A DNA stretch of 64,000 nucleotides from the IMG/VR virus record IMGVR_UViG_3300044510_000078. One strand, given 5' to 3'. The stretch is from a virus. The position numbers were made by a program, and so were the translations under genes. The notes beneath the pieces are model-generated. The model was given only the letters and a program-made list of their open reading frames with translations. It searched no databases and was not told the DNA's origin. Below, piece by piece: positions 20,123 to 30,691 of this stretch (within the stretch, counting starts at the first letter, position 1; the number at the start of each line of letters is the position of its first letter).

Positions 20123-23100
20123 TTATGCTGTAACTGTTGCTGGAGTTGGTTCTCCGAACTTAGAAGAAAACTTACTATAAAGCTGATTATAAATCATTTC
20201 TCCAAATTCTTCTTTATTATCTTCAAATTTTTCTGACAATAAAGAAACCAAAGCTTCATCTCCAGTTAGATTAAATCCAATATCTAAAAATAACTTTGTG
20301 TCTGGTTGAACAGCGCTCAAGTTAGGATTACCACTGTCATTGGTGCTCGGAGTAGGATTACCACTGTCATTGGTGCTCGGAGATTTTCTATTTTTATTAA
20401 GGATTTCCTTAATGTAGCCGTTTATTTCTTTTAGTTGCGTATTTAGAGAATCTCGTTCTGTGGAATTAGAAGATACGTTTACCTTTCTGTAAAGTATGTC
20501 TCTACGTTTTTCTAACCTTTGTAAAGCGATATTGTCTTCTTCAGTAAGTCCGGCCCGACCTAGGGCTACGCCTCTAAGCGCATTAATGCTTTTTATTTCT
20601 TTTTCAGTTCCTGTCATTTTTTGATATGCAACATCAGCCGGTGTAGGGACTCCTTCTGGTAAAAACGAAGGAAAAAGTGAAGAAATTATCATGCCCCCCA
20701 GCGAGGAATGAGCAGCAGCAATACGCGCGTAGTCCATCTTTGAAAATTCCCTTTTTCCATCATCTTCTGGAAGACTGTTTGCAAAATTTTCTGCTTCTTT
20801 AAGTTTTGGATTTGGTTTATTTTCACCACCCCTTAACGCGGCCGATTTTATTTCATTTATCAACTTAATTTGATTTTCTAAAGATTTATTATGAGCATTC
20901 CAAAGCGCAACTGTTTGTGCGGCAGCCGTTCTTAAATCTGTGAAATTAGTTTTCAATCCTTGCGATTCATTCGCTATTTCCCTAAAACGCGCAAGTGCAT
21001 CGGCTATATTTGTGTCTAATTGTTGTTTTGCAAATTTTGGAGAAAGGACTTTTTCAAGCTCGTTTGCAATAGCAGAAGGCAAAACCTGTATTCCCTTTGC
21101 TATTGAAGATATATCATCCGGCATTTTATCTGATTTTAGTTCTTTGTTAATTTGCTCTTTCGCAATAAGCCCAGTCTTTGATTTTGCAGACATAAGTTCT
21201 TCTATGGCTCCGAGAATAGCCCCCCTCTTTTGCGGGTCTTTCGTGCGAGATAAAGCTCTTTCTAATGAAAGGACTTGAGTCCTAATATCTTTATTTAGCG
21301 ATTTTTCAAGGCCAACAGCCGCGATTTGCCTCAAACCTGCGCCTGACTTTCCTCCCAAATAATCGGTGCCAAGCATTTTTTGTAAATTTTGTCCAAGCTT
21401 TAAGGCTCCACGTCCACTACGAATGTCATTATTTCCTAAAATGAAAGAGCTTGCTCCACGGGCTATATTTGTATTTAATTCTCTTGCCTCGTCAGGGTTT
21501 GAGAAAGAAGAAGCTCCACCTCTAAAAGCGAGTCTTTGATTTTTGTCATATGAAAAATTTGAAATTTTAATTGCGTCAGCAGCCTTTCTGAATTCGTCTC
21601 TCATTTCGTCATTGTTTATTTTTTCTAAGATTTTATTTGCATAAATTCTTTCTTCTTTAGATATTTGATTCCCCCTCATCAAGTCATCTAAACTTCGTTT
21701 CATAATGTTTGTTGAATTCATTATTTCTGTTGTGTTGCCTCTTTTCATTATCCCTTGAAACATATTTGACACTATATCAGTTATATGGGTTTTATCTGTA
21801 TTTATGGATACCTCTTCTTCTTTTCCGGTTTTTGGATTTTTTCTTTTGGTTTTTGTTTCTGATTCAATATCTAAACTAGAAACAGCCTCGCTCAATGTTT
21901 TTTTAAACATTTGTCCAATATTGTTGATTGCCGTTTCTTTAGTTTCAAATTCTCTTACGAACCTTTCTCCAGTAAATGATGAAGCATAATCTATCCCAAT
22001 ACGTCTGTCAGTGAGAGAGGAGTCTATCTTTCGTAAAAATCCAGCTTTTATAGAAGAACGATAGTCTTTAATTGCTTTAGTAAGCAGTTCTTGTTCTGCG
22101 TTTACTAGAGATTTTTTTATTCTATTCTTTTTTATTTCTTCTGTTTCATTAGCTAATGATTCATTAACATTTCTTGCTGTGATTGCTAGAGCTTTTATCG
22201 CTGAAGTAAGAATAGAAAATTGTAGTGGGTCATTCCCCCCCAATTGAGAAAGAAATATGGCATGAGCTTTTCCAAAAATAGATTCTAATTTTTTTAAACT
22301 TTCTGTTCGTTGTCCTTCTGTTTCGAAATTTAAAGAATCAGAAGTAAAACTATCAAGCTTTCCTTTTTGCTCTTCATCCATAGACAGCAAAACTCCTTTT
22401 GCGTATGAATTAACATTTAATTCTGCCGCACTCCTACCACGACCAGAGTCAAAAAATATATTTTTATTATTTTTATAAATCTCCGCATATTTCGAAGCCG
22501 TCTCAAATTGCGAACGTTCTTTGTCAGACTTTTCTCGAAATTCTTCTATAACTTTTACTTTTTCTTTTTCTGATGTTGTATCTTGTAATTTTTTAGCTAA
22601 GCCTGCCCCACCAAGAGTAATCATATCCCTGAGCGTCGCTGAAAGTTTGCGTTTCACATTGTTTAAACTCTCCGCATCTGCATTATCTGAAGATAGAATT
22701 TCATTTTGTTTAGAAAGCAACTGAAGATATTTATCACCTTCTTGTGAAATTTTCTTATCGGTTTCGATTTTTGATTCAAGAGTTTTTATTTTGTAAGTTG
22801 CATCTCTTAGGCTTTTTTGATAAATTTCATAAACATTTATTATACCTATTGTTAAACCAGCTAATATCCCAATTGGCCCCGGCAAAGCCATCATAACTTG
22901 CGCCGAAGTCATCATTGCATTTCCAAGTTCTTGTGTCCTTTCTTTAAGAGGATTTGTATTATCCATTAAAGAAGAAGCCATTGAGACAGCGCTTGATGCG
23001 GCAAACCCGCCTCCAGTTGCATAACTTTTCCATTTTTCTACCGCCCCCTTTCTTGAAAGACTTTTTTCAACATCTCTAACTTGAGTTCTAGTTTCTACTA

Positions 23101-26100
23101 TCTCTTTTCTTTTTGCTACCATTTTCGCTTCTGCTAATTGTCTTTGACTTTCTGCATTGTTAAAATCTGCGCGAGTAACTGATGCTGCTCTGGCTTGTAA
23201 AGCTGCATGGCGCTCATCTTTAGCTTTATGAAAGGCTCCCCTACTTTCTATAACTTTTTTATTTAACATTTCTAAACTGTCTTTTAATTTTTGAGTGCCA
23301 TCAAGTAGCCCTTTTACGTTCCCTAAAGAATTGACAAACATAGTCAAACCAAACAAACCAGACGCTCCAACGCCCCCAATTAACCCATCATCTGCGAAAT
23401 TCGGAATAAAACCTTTTGCCCTTCCAGCATTTCTTGGGTCAAGACCCTTGCTTAAATAACGATTTATTCCTTGATATCCACCAATGGGTTCGTCCCTTTT
23501 ATTGGCGACTCCAATTCCGAGTGGATTACCAGTTGAAATTAATTTCTTATTAGAGAATGCATAAATTTGAGAATATGGGAGTCCAGATTGTTTTTTCTCT
23601 CTGTTTATCGCTTCAGAAACTCCGAAGCTTGGGATATAACCAAAACTTAAAGATGGAACATTTTTTATTCCAGCAATTTGAGCAAGAGTAAACCTATGAT
23701 TTCCGTCGGAAATTTCTCTATGATTTTCTGGAAAATCTCGCACGGAAATAGGATTCTTTTTTAAAAATTGATAAAGCTTTTTTTTGTTTGTTTTAGAAGA
23801 AAATAATTCTCCAATGCCAGATTTTGTAATCTCACCATCATAATCAAAGCCTATATAAGATAACAAGTTTTTCAAACCTTCAGTATGTGGACGATTAGCT
23901 TGAGATAGTGTTCCTCCAGACTCAAGGAGCTTTTTTATATTAAAAACTTTTGAAAAACTAGGAATAAATCCACGAGAAAAAGGAATAAACAAAGAGCCAG
24001 ATAATCCCCTCGTCTTAAATAAATTACCGTCTCCTTCAGCAAATGGAGCCTTGATTCCAGTAAATTTTTGGGCTCTTAAAATATTAGTTAATTCGCGGCC
24101 CGCCAGTTGGATAAGTTGTAATTGTTCCTCGCCAGAAGCATTTTTAATTTTTGCTGCCAGACCTTTTGGTAACATATGTTCGTATTTTTTATATAAACGA
24201 ACAATATCAGAGTATTTCCCTAGTTCAAGAATTTTATCTGTCTCAGACAGTTTTTGAGAAATGACATTTTTGTTATAAAGTTTGGCGATTTTTTCATTAT
24301 CAGTAAAATTACCTTGTCCTATGACGGCGACCAATTTATTAGCGACTCCAATAGAATTTCTTCCCAGATTTTCAGGAAGAGTTGGGCGACCAGAGCGAGT
24401 TCCTCTAAAAACTGTTGGGCCGCTTGTATCAGGGGTAAAACCACCCGCCAAACTTAATAACCCTTGATTATGGCCGTATTTTTTCGCAAACTTTTTGGCG
24501 GACTTAACGAATTGTTCCATATACTGTGGGTCCGATTCTTTAACGCCTTTCTTCGCTAAAACCTCTTTCAGCCAACGGCTTTGAAAGACGTTTCTTCCCT
24601 TGAAGATTAAATCTTGAGCAAAATTTGGAATATAGCCCAAAGATTTCATTATTCCTCCACGATGGGAGTCGGCGTGGATTAGCGTAGCAGTAATTTCAGA
24701 TTTACCTAACCTAGCAATTGCTTGGATATTTGCAATGGCGTCGTCATTTAAGTGATATTCGCCGCCCTGCTTTTCTTGTAGTCTTTTTAATAATAGGGCT
24801 TTTTTTTGTGCTGAATTTAATTTTGTATAACCGGGAGAATTTTTCCCTCCAGTATTTTTAATACGACCAATAGAGTTTATTCTAAGGTCATTAAACATAT
24901 CTCCAACGCCGATTACCTTCTTAGGGAATAGACCAAGTTTAGTAAGACGATTAACAATTGCGGCCCTGTTTTCTTTTGAGCTTCTTGCTGTTAGGACTTC
25001 TACTTGTTTTCCAATCAAGCCCTCTCCATGAGGTGTTAGTTTAGAGCTAGGATGAAATATAGATTTTTCAGGAGTAAATGTGTCCGCATAGCCGACTTCT
25101 GGCCCATAGGTTAAAAGAGTTTCGTCCAAGTCCTGAAATACTCTTTGAGCAAAATTCGGGATATGACCCAAAGAAGCTAACCCAATTCTAAAATTTGTAT
25201 AGTTTCCATAGGCTCCTGCATTTTCTGAACTTTTCTCGAAAGATTTTGTATTGAAGCCATGTTTATCAAGAAAGCTCCTTACGAATTTTATACTGCCAAA
25301 TTGCGCCCTGCTATTTAATTCTTCGTCGGCGTTGAAACTCGGCATATCAATACGGATTTGCTTGTAGCCCATTTTCTTGAGCATACCCATATTCACTTTG
25401 AAAGCTTGATAAGCGTCTTTTGCGTTTCTAATGGTTCTTAGGTCTATATAAGCTGGCCTGTTAGCGGCACTTGTCTCTCTTGAACCGAACTTTGTTTGTC
25501 CGTAAACGGCTTTGAGCCCAGAGACTAACTTGGAGTTTATTTTTGTTCCAAAGTCTGCGGTTAGCTTTGTAGAATAAGAGTATGCGCTAACTCCTCTGTT
25601 TGCTATGCCTCCACCAGCTTGAAAAAACATACTACCTAAGCTTTGGTCAATTCCAGATTCTACATTTGACAAATTAGGATTTGTATATGAACGAACTATA
25701 TTTGGGCGGCGCTGCGCTTGTCTGATAAAATTAGATAGCTCATCTGCACCTAAAGTTCCCCTGCGGCCTATTGTTGGAACTCTCACTCCTAATTTAGATG
25801 CTGCGTATAAGAACAACTCGTCCGATAAGCCAATTCCTTCTTTTAATTTTTCGAGAATACTTTGTCCATTTGGCAAATTAGCACAGGCTTGTGTTACTTT
25901 TTCTATAGTTTTTTGAGAAGCGAAATTAGGGATATAACCGCTTGCTGCGAGCATTGGCGCTCTTGAAGATTTATTTAACAAACTAAGACTCGATACTCCC
26001 AGTCTGTCTTTTAGAATTTTAGCCGCCATGCTTTTTCTTGCGTCGTCAGAGTCGGAAGATTTGAACTCGGCTTTTCTTCCAATAGGCAAAGGAAGACCTA

Positions 26101-28558
26101 ATGGACTTTTAAAAATCTTTGATAGTTGAGCGGGGATAGCCGCTATATCAAAATCCCCCCCGCTTGTAGTTCCGGCCACTTTTTCTCCAAATGCCAATCT
26201 CATCCCTGACTCGAAAACACCACCAACAACTGACTGGACCGCACCGAGAAGTCCCTTAGACTCGTTCATAGCTCTATGCATGGCTTTTGAAGCCGTAGCT
26301 TGGGATATGGCGGGACCAAAAGTGCCAGCAAATCCAGCAACTTGATTTATTAAAAATTCATTAATATTTTTATTTAAATCAATAGGAGGATATACCGAAT
26401 CTGGACTAAATCCAAATACCCCGAATGGTAATAAATGGCCACCAAGCCTTTTGATTCTCCTTCCTTGAATTGGGATTCGAGGTTTTGAATAAGAAAGCAA
26501 AGAATAATCGGAAACACTTAATGTCCTTATCGCCTCTGGAATATTTACTGATGATTTAGATAAATCTTTCTCTGTTTGTTTTTCTTTCGTGCTTACGTAT
26601 CCAGCTTGCGCTGCCTGTTCTGGTGTTATTTTTCCAATTCTTATTTGATGAGGAATTTGAAATTGATTAAATGTTTGTCCATTAATAGTATAAACATCTT
26701 TCGCAAAATTAGGAACCCACCCCCTCATGTATTTAGGAATAACCATCGAATCCCCACTACGAGTAGGCATACCCATCGCTCTAAATTGAGCGCCGGTGAT
26801 TTCCTTTTCGTGATTATTCATTATGAATGGGCGACCACCAATTGTTCCTTTACCCCATTGTGCCCTGACAGAAGAAGGAGCGCCCAATCTTCTAGCCGAA
26901 GCTTCTTCTATTGCAAAAGCTGGAACGTGACCAGCGGCAGAAGTTTTAGGAGCGCCAAATAAATTTGTTACCGAAGTTCTAACTCCAGACTTAACCATTT
27001 GTAGAGCTATATCCTGCGCGACTTTTGCCTGAAAAGCTAAAAGAGAATTTTCATCTCTTATACTCTGTAGAATTCTTTGATGCGCCTGTTCTACTGTCAC
27101 AGTTCCTCGATTTATTTCTTTGAGAATTTCTGGATTCTTCTGAAGATAAAGAAGGACTTGTTGTTGTATTAATTGATAATCTTTTGCGGATTGATTGATT
27201 CCCATGAATTCTCTAAAAGAATCGCCAGCAAATCTTGTCAATTTTTCAAAAAGCTTCAACACTGTAAAAGTCAACAATTGGACGCCGGGACCGCTCAATA
27301 ATTGCCCAAAAGATTTTAGAAATCCTTGAAAGATTTTGTCTCCAATTCCTTCTCCAATGGCAGAGTCTCCTATATTTTTCGCTAAATCTCCAAATGTATC
27401 CAAACCCCCTTTAAGGGTCGGAGAAAGGGTAATATTTCCCACGTTTGCCGCTGCTCTTGTAAAGTTATTTAATGTTTGAGTGAGTTTGGCGGAAATTGTT
27501 TGATTTAACTTATTATTTCTGTCTATCGCGTCATCAACTGTATTATTGGCGGTTTTAAGAGCTGAATCGTAAACGCTTACTCCATTGCCTAAGTCTTGCA
27601 GAACAGCTTTCAAAATGTTAATTTGATAAACCCCACCAACAGTTTCAGCAATTGAAGACCTTTGAGAACCGCTTAGATTGTCATATTGTCTAGCTAGACT
27701 TTTTAGAACATCAATTAACGGCAGCGCATTTCCAGAAGCGTCTTTAGTAGCTATTCCAACTTCTTGTAATTGAGAAATCACCTCTGGACGTTGCAAACGA
27801 GTAAAAATAGTCTTAAAAGAGTTACCAATAACAGCACCACCGCGAGCCGTAGTCTGTTGCGCTGTAGTAATTAAGGCAATAGTTTCATTTAGCGAAATGT
27901 TCGCTTCACTGGCCGAACTACCCACGCGTTTTATACCTTCCGCTAAATCTCCAGCGCTTACAGAAAATCTAGCGTCAACAGTTGCCAATCTATTAACAAG
28001 TTCGATAGCTGTTAAGGACTCTGTATTAAAAGAGTTAAGTGCGGCAGTAATAGAAGCAACGGCATCTGCATAATCAACGCCAGATAATCTACTTAAAATC
28101 AAAGAAGCCCTAGTCCTTTCCAATGTTTCAGCAGCAGACAAGCCCTGTCTCGAAAATTCTTGAGCAGCTTTCGCCGCGTTCCCAAATGATGTAGCGGTAT
28201 TGTTAGCTACTTCAAAAAGCCCAGTAGAGAATCTACTTAGTTCTTTCTGTGACAAATTAAGAATGGCATTGATGTCTGAAAGACTTTTTTCTACTTCAAT
28301 TGTAGAACCAAGCAACTTATCAAATGCAATTTTTACAGCGGCAATTGCTCCAGCAGAAGCTCCGAACGCGATAACACGAGCGTTAGACGCTTCAAGAGAT
28401 TTTGAGAACTCAGAGGCTTTTCCAGTGATTTTTCCTAGAGGCTGGTCAATTCCAGCGACATTCAATGAGCCAAGTCTCCTTGGCCTATTTAAAGCCCTAT
28501 CTATGACCTGTTCCAGCGGCCTTGGGTCACCACCCACTGTAAGAATAATATCTGGCAT
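20123..28558 (-). CDS. Tail tape measure protein (TP901-like N-terminal core) with internal cargo domains
   Basis: 2811 aa; Ala/Gly-rich helical N-terminus (VEKSLSDINAIL...FGNAAKAAQEFSRQGL...), C-terminal coiled coils; follows tail tube and chaperone genes. Confidence 0.9.
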   Translation of the reverse strand: MPDIILTVGGDPRPLEQVIDRALNRPRRLGSLNVAGIDQPLGKITGKASEFSKSLEASNARVIAFGASAGAIAAVKIAFDKLLGSTIEVEKSLSDINAILNLSQKELSRFSTGLFEVANNTATSFGNAAKAAQEFSRQGLSAAETLERTRASLILSRLSGVDYADAVASITAALNSFNTESLTAIELVNRLATVDARFSVSAGDLAEGIKRVGSSASEANISLNETIALITTAQQTTARGGAVIGNSFKTIFTRLQRPEVISQLQEVGIATKDASGNALPLIDVLKSLARQYDNLSGSQRSSIAETVGGVYQINILKAVLQDLGNGVSVYDSALKTANNTVDDAIDRNNKLNQTISAKLTQTLNNFTRAAANVGNITLSPTLKGGLDTFGDLAKNIGDSAIGEGIGDKIFQGFLKSFGQLLSGPGVQLLTFTVLKLFEKLTRFAGDSFREFMGINQSAKDYQLIQQQVLLYLQKNPEILKEINRGTVTVEQAHQRILQSIRDENSLLAFQAKVAQDIALQMVKSGVRTSVTNLFGAPKTSAAGHVPAFAIEEASARRLGAPSSVRAQWGKGTIGGRPFIMNNHEKEITGAQFRAMGMPTRSGDSMVIPKYMRGWVPNFAKDVYTINGQTFNQFQIPHQIRIGKITPEQAAQAGYVSTKEKQTEKDLSKSSVNIPEAIRTLSVSDYSLLSYSKPRIPIQGRRIKRLGGHLLPFGVFGFSPDSVYPPIDLNKNINEFLINQVAGFAGTFGPAISQATASKAMHRAMNESKGLLGAVQSVVGGVFESGMRLAFGEKVAGTTSGGDFDIAAIPAQLSKIFKSPLGLPLPIGRKAEFKSSDSDDARKSMAAKILKDRLGVSSLSLLNKSSRAPMLAASGYIPNFASQKTIEKVTQACANLPNGQSILEKLKEGIGLSDELFLYAASKLGVRVPTIGRRGTLGADELSNFIRQAQRRPNIVRSYTNPNLSNVESGIDQSLGSMFFQAGGGIANRGVSAYSYSTKLTADFGTKINSKLVSGLKAVYGQTKFGSRETSAANRPAYIDLRTIRNAKDAYQAFKVNMGMLKKMGYKQIRIDMPSFNADEELNSRAQFGSIKFVRSFLDKHGFNTKSFEKSSENAGAYGNYTNFRIGLASLGHIPNFAQRVFQDLDETLLTYGPEVGYADTFTPEKSIFHPSSKLTPHGEGLIGKQVEVLTARSSKENRAAIVNRLTKLGLFPKKVIGVGDMFNDLRINSIGRIKNTGGKNSPGYTKLNSAQKKALLLKRLQEKQGGEYHLNDDAIANIQAIARLGKSEITATLIHADSHRGGIMKSLGYIPNFAQDLIFKGRNVFQSRWLKEVLAKKGVKESDPQYMEQFVKSAKKFAKKYGHNQGLLSLAGGFTPDTSGPTVFRGTRSGRPTLPENLGRNSIGVANKLVAVIGQGNFTDNEKIAKLYNKNVISQKLSETDKILELGKYSDIVRLYKKYEHMLPKGLAAKIKNASGEEQLQLIQLAGRELTNILRAQKFTGIKAPFAEGDGNLFKTRGLSGSLFIPFSRGFIPSFSKVFNIKKLLESGGTLSQANRPHTEGLKNLLSYIGFDYDGEITKSGIGELFSSKTNKKKLYQFLKKNPISVRDFPENHREISDGNHRFTLAQIAGIKNVPSLSFGYIPSFGVSEAINREKKQSGLPYSQIYAFSNKKLISTGNPLGIGVANKRDEPIGGYQGINRYLSKGLDPRNAGRAKGFIPNFADDGLIGGVGASGLFGLTMFVNSLGNVKGLLDGTQKLKDSLEMLNKKVIESRGAFHKAKDERHAALQARAASVTRADFNNAESQRQLAEAKMVAKRKEIVETRTQVRDVEKSLSRKGAVEKWKSYATGGGFAASSAVSMASSLMDNTNPLKERTQELGNAMMTSAQVMMALPGPIGILAGLTIGIINVYEIYQKSLRDATYKIKTLESKIETDKKISQEGDKYLQLLSKQNEILSSDNADAESLNNVKRKLSATLRDMITLGGAGLAKKLQDTTSEKEKVKVIEEFREKSDKERSQFETASKYAEIYKNNKNIFFDSGRGRSAAELNVNSYAKGVLLSMDEEQKGKLDSFTSDSLNFETEGQRTESLKKLESIFGKAHAIFLSQLGGNDPLQFSILTSAIKALAITARNVNESLANETEEIKKNRIKKSLVNAEQELLTKAIKDYRSSIKAGFLRKIDSSLTDRRIGIDYASSFTGERFVREFETKETAINNIGQMFKKTLSEAVSSLDIESETKTKRKNPKTGKEEEVSINTDKTHITDIVSNMFQGIMKRGNTTEIMNSTNIMKRSLDDLMRGNQISKEERIYANKILEKINNDEMRDEFRKAADAIKISNFSYDKNQRLAFRGGASSFSNPDEARELNTNIARGASSFILGNNDIRSGRGALKLGQNLQKMLGTDYLGGKSGAGLRQIAAVGLEKSLNKDIRTQVLSLERALSRTKDPQKRGAILGAIEELMSAKSKTGLIAKEQINKELKSDKMPDDISSIAKGIQVLPSAIANELEKVLSPKFAKQQLDTNIADALARFREIANESQGLKTNFTDLRTAAAQTVALWNAHNKSLENQIKLINEIKSAALRGGENKPNPKLKEAENFANSLPEDDGKREFSKMDYARIAAAHSSLGGMIISSLFPSFLPEGVPTPADVAYQKMTGTEKEIKSINALRGVALGRAGLTEEDNIALQRLEKRRDILYRKVNVSSNSTERDSLNTQLKEINGYIKEILNKNRKSPSTNDSGNPTPSTNDSGNPNLSAVQPDTKLFLDIGFNLTGDEALVSLLSEKFEDNKEEFGEMIYNQLYSKFSSKFGEPTPATVTA
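20323..20382 (-). repeat. Perfect 30-bp tandem duplication in the tape measure C-terminus (PSTNDSGNP x2)
   Basis: taggattaccactgtcattggtgctcggag at 20323-20352 and 20353-20382. Confidence 0.9.
23392..26940 (-). repeat. Nine dispersed GxxP(N/S/A)F(A) peptide motifs within the tape measure
   Basis: GHVPAFA (~26912), GWVPNFA (~26702), GYIPNFA (~25920), GHIPNFA (~25148), GYIPNFA (~24618), degenerate GFTPDTS (~24422), GFIPSFS (~23951), GYIPSFG (~23622), GFIPNFA (~23392). Confidence 0.85.
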
Positions 28559-28595
28559 AAACCTATCCTAGTTCCTATTAAAATATTACACTTAA

Positions 28596-29480
28596 TTAGC
28601 GAGTAACGTAATTCGTTTTTTTATAAATGCCGTCAGGTTGATTATTTTTATTCTTATTTTGGTAAATGGAGTGTTCAGTGTCATACCAGTCCACCAACTC
28701 TTTTACAGTAGTATCTTCGTGAATATCTGGCGGATTATTTTCTGAATTTTCTATTATTCTGATATTTCTTACTGTCTTGGAAAAAAGATTCAACTGATAA
28801 TCAGAAAAAGCTATAATTGGTTTCCCAAAAAACTCATATGGCCTATCTTTACAAAAGCTAATTTGGTTTATGACAAATGGAAGCGCCGCTAAAGACCCGA
28901 GACTTGTTTCTGAAAATTTAGAAAATGCCCTATTTTGTTCTTCTATTAAATTGTCTAGCTCAGACTCCTCTACGGCATCAAATTCATCACTAGAAAAAGC
29001 CTTTATTTTTAATTGTTCATCTTTATAGAACCCATGAAATACAAATAAAGAAAGCAAATATTTTTGAGCCAAAATATCAGCGGTAGGATTTAGTGCGGAA
29101 TACCTTTCCATTAACAAGCTGTTGAGTTCTTGTTTTTTTTCGGTAATTACTTTTTCTATAACTTTTCTTTGCTCTAGGAGTGGCATATTGGCCACGACTT
29201 TTGAGTTGTCAGAAATTAAGTATTTTAATTCTAGGATTTTTTCTTCTTTTTCGGGAAGCCAAACTCCTTGTTCGGCTAGGATTTTAAGTTTTTCCGATTC
29301 AGTTGGAACACCCTCTGAGTTTTTTAACTTTATATAGGCTGATTTTTTTTCAGCAAAGAATGAGTTATCTAATTCTGAAAAATGCTTTATATACCAACTC
29401 GTTTTTTCGCTAAAAGAATAGCCATTTACTATTTCCTTAAATAAGGAGCGAAAATTTTCATATTCATCATAGACTAACAC
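28596..29480 (-). CDS. Putative tail assembly chaperone (second)
   Basis: Charged helical 294-aa protein directly upstream of the tape measure; GTG start. Confidence 0.5.
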   Translation of the reverse strand: MLVYDEYENFRSLFKEIVNGYSFSEKTSWYIKHFSELDNSFFAEKKSAYIKLKNSEGVPTESEKLKILAEQGVWLPEKEEKILELKYLISDNSKVVANMPLLEQRKVIEKVITEKKQELNSLLMERYSALNPTADILAQKYLLSLFVFHGFYKDEQLKIKAFSSDEFDAVEESELDNLIEEQNRAFSKFSETSLGSLAALPFVINQISFCKDRPYEFFGKPIIAFSDYQLNLFSKTVRNIRIIENSENNPPDIHEDTTVKELVDWYDTEHSIYQNKNKNNQPDGIYKKTNYVTR

Positions 29481-29492
29481 ATGATGATAAAA

Positions 29493-30272
29493 TTATACCG
29501 GCTCTTCCACTACGACATAATCATCAAATTCATTACTATATAAGTCTTCCAAATTCTTAACGTCGTTTTGTGACAAAGACCCAGTTGTTGACCAATAGCT
29601 GACAAAATATGCAAGTTTCCTCATTACTTCATTAAGAAAAGCGTCGCCATTTTCTTCTGCTTTGTCGTATGAATCTAATTTCTGTTCATAAGAATCGCCC
29701 GTAAAGATAGGGACAAATTCTCCTTTTTCATTTTCAATTACGCCTAAGTGTAGCGTCCACCAAAAGACCGCTTTGTTTCTTGCTTTGACTTCCGCCGTTT
29801 GATTAAAGATAGAGTAATACGGACTCTGGATAGAATCAATCTGTTGTTGAGTTTCTTGCAGTTGTAATAGAGTATCGTTTTGTTTTTTTTCTTGTTCTGG
29901 AGTTTTAGGAGTAATAGCTGCCGACTCTAATAGCTGCCTGTTGAGGTCTTTTCTTTTTACGTCCAGAAGTTCTATGGTCTTTTTTTCGTCATCATTTAAT
30001 GCGCCGCCATCGTTGTCATATCTTTTCGCAATCATATGAAGACTTAACAACCCTTCTTTCATAAGTTGCGAAAGGGTTTTAGCATAGAAAGTTTCTGCGC
30101 CTTCTCTAAGTTTGCGCGTTGGTTTGATAAGTTTGACCTTGACAGGCTTGGCTTTTTTGATAGACTTTGTTACTTCGACTTCTTTCCCTTCGTCTATCTT
30201 TTTTTCTGTAACTTTGTCTTCAATTTGTTTTTTGACAACGAATTCGCAAAGATATTTGTTGACTACTTCCAT
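29493..30272 (-). CDS. Putative tail assembly chaperone
   Basis: Charged coiled-coil 259-aa protein between tail tube and tape measure. Confidence 0.5.
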   Translation of the reverse strand: MEVVNKYLCEFVVKKQIEDKVTEKKIDEGKEVEVTKSIKKAKPVKVKLIKPTRKLREGAETFYAKTLSQLMKEGLLSLHMIAKRYDNDGGALNDDEKKTIELLDVKRKDLNRQLLESAAITPKTPEQEKKQNDTLLQLQETQQQIDSIQSPYYSIFNQTAEVKARNKAVFWWTLHLGVIENEKGEFVPIFTGDSYEQKLDSYDKAEENGDAFLNEVMRKLAYFVSYWSTTGSLSQNDVKNLEDLYSNEFDDYVVVEEPV

Positions 30273-30291
30273 AGATTTCCCCTTTACCTGA

Positions 30292-30612
30292 TTATTCTAT
30301 TGTTAGGACGGCGTTTGATACAGTTTTTTTAATAATCTTACGTTGTTCTTGCGCGGTTTTTAATCTTTCTGGATTGATATAAAAATCAAACACATCCAAT
30401 AAATTTGTAATTTCCCTAGAACACTCATTTCCAGAATCAAGTATTTTTTTTCTTAGTTGTTCTGATTTTTCTGCGGAAATTTTATTTTCTTTTTTTAAAT
30501 CGTCAAGAACATTTAAATAATACTTAAACAGTCTTGTGATTGATTGGTGGACTTGAAGATTAACAAAGTCCTTGTTATGAACGCCCTGTTCCTCAGTTGT
30601 GTAGTTTTGCAT
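30292..30612 (-). CDS. Hypothetical protein
   Basis: 106-aa ORF with an AAGG RBS and an upstream GTGTAA motif. Confidence 0.6.
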   Translation of the reverse strand: MQNYTTEEQGVHNKDFVNLQVHQSITRLFKYYLNVLDDLKKENKISAEKSEQLRKKILDSGNECSREITNLLDVFDFYINPERLKTAQEQRKIIKKTVSNAVLTIE

Positions 30613-30636
30613 ACCTTATACCAAAGGTATTTACAC

Positions 30637-30670
30637 AAAAAATCCCGCACTGGACTTCTCCAACACGGGA
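30637..30670 (-). terminator. Rho-independent terminator after the major tail gene
   Basis: Minus strand TCCCGTGTTGGA-GAAG-TCCAGTGCGGGA (with G-U pairs) followed by a T-tract. Confidence 0.7.
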
Positions 30671-30691
30671 AATTTGGACTCTTATAACTGA

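Noticed and set aside
24050-24420. ADP-ribosyltransferase domain in the tape measure block starting GPTVFRGT
   Set aside because: Only the initial xFRG motif is present; no convincing S-T-S or E-x-E motif, so the block is left unassigned.
20940-28571. Antisense ORFs within the tape measure
   Set aside because: Shadow frames of a long coding sequence with no RBS or recognisable motifs.
29470-29520. Programmed frameshift between the tail chaperones (lambda G/GT type)
   Set aside because: No X XXY YYZ slippery heptamer at the end of the first ORF, and the second ORF has its own plausible start.
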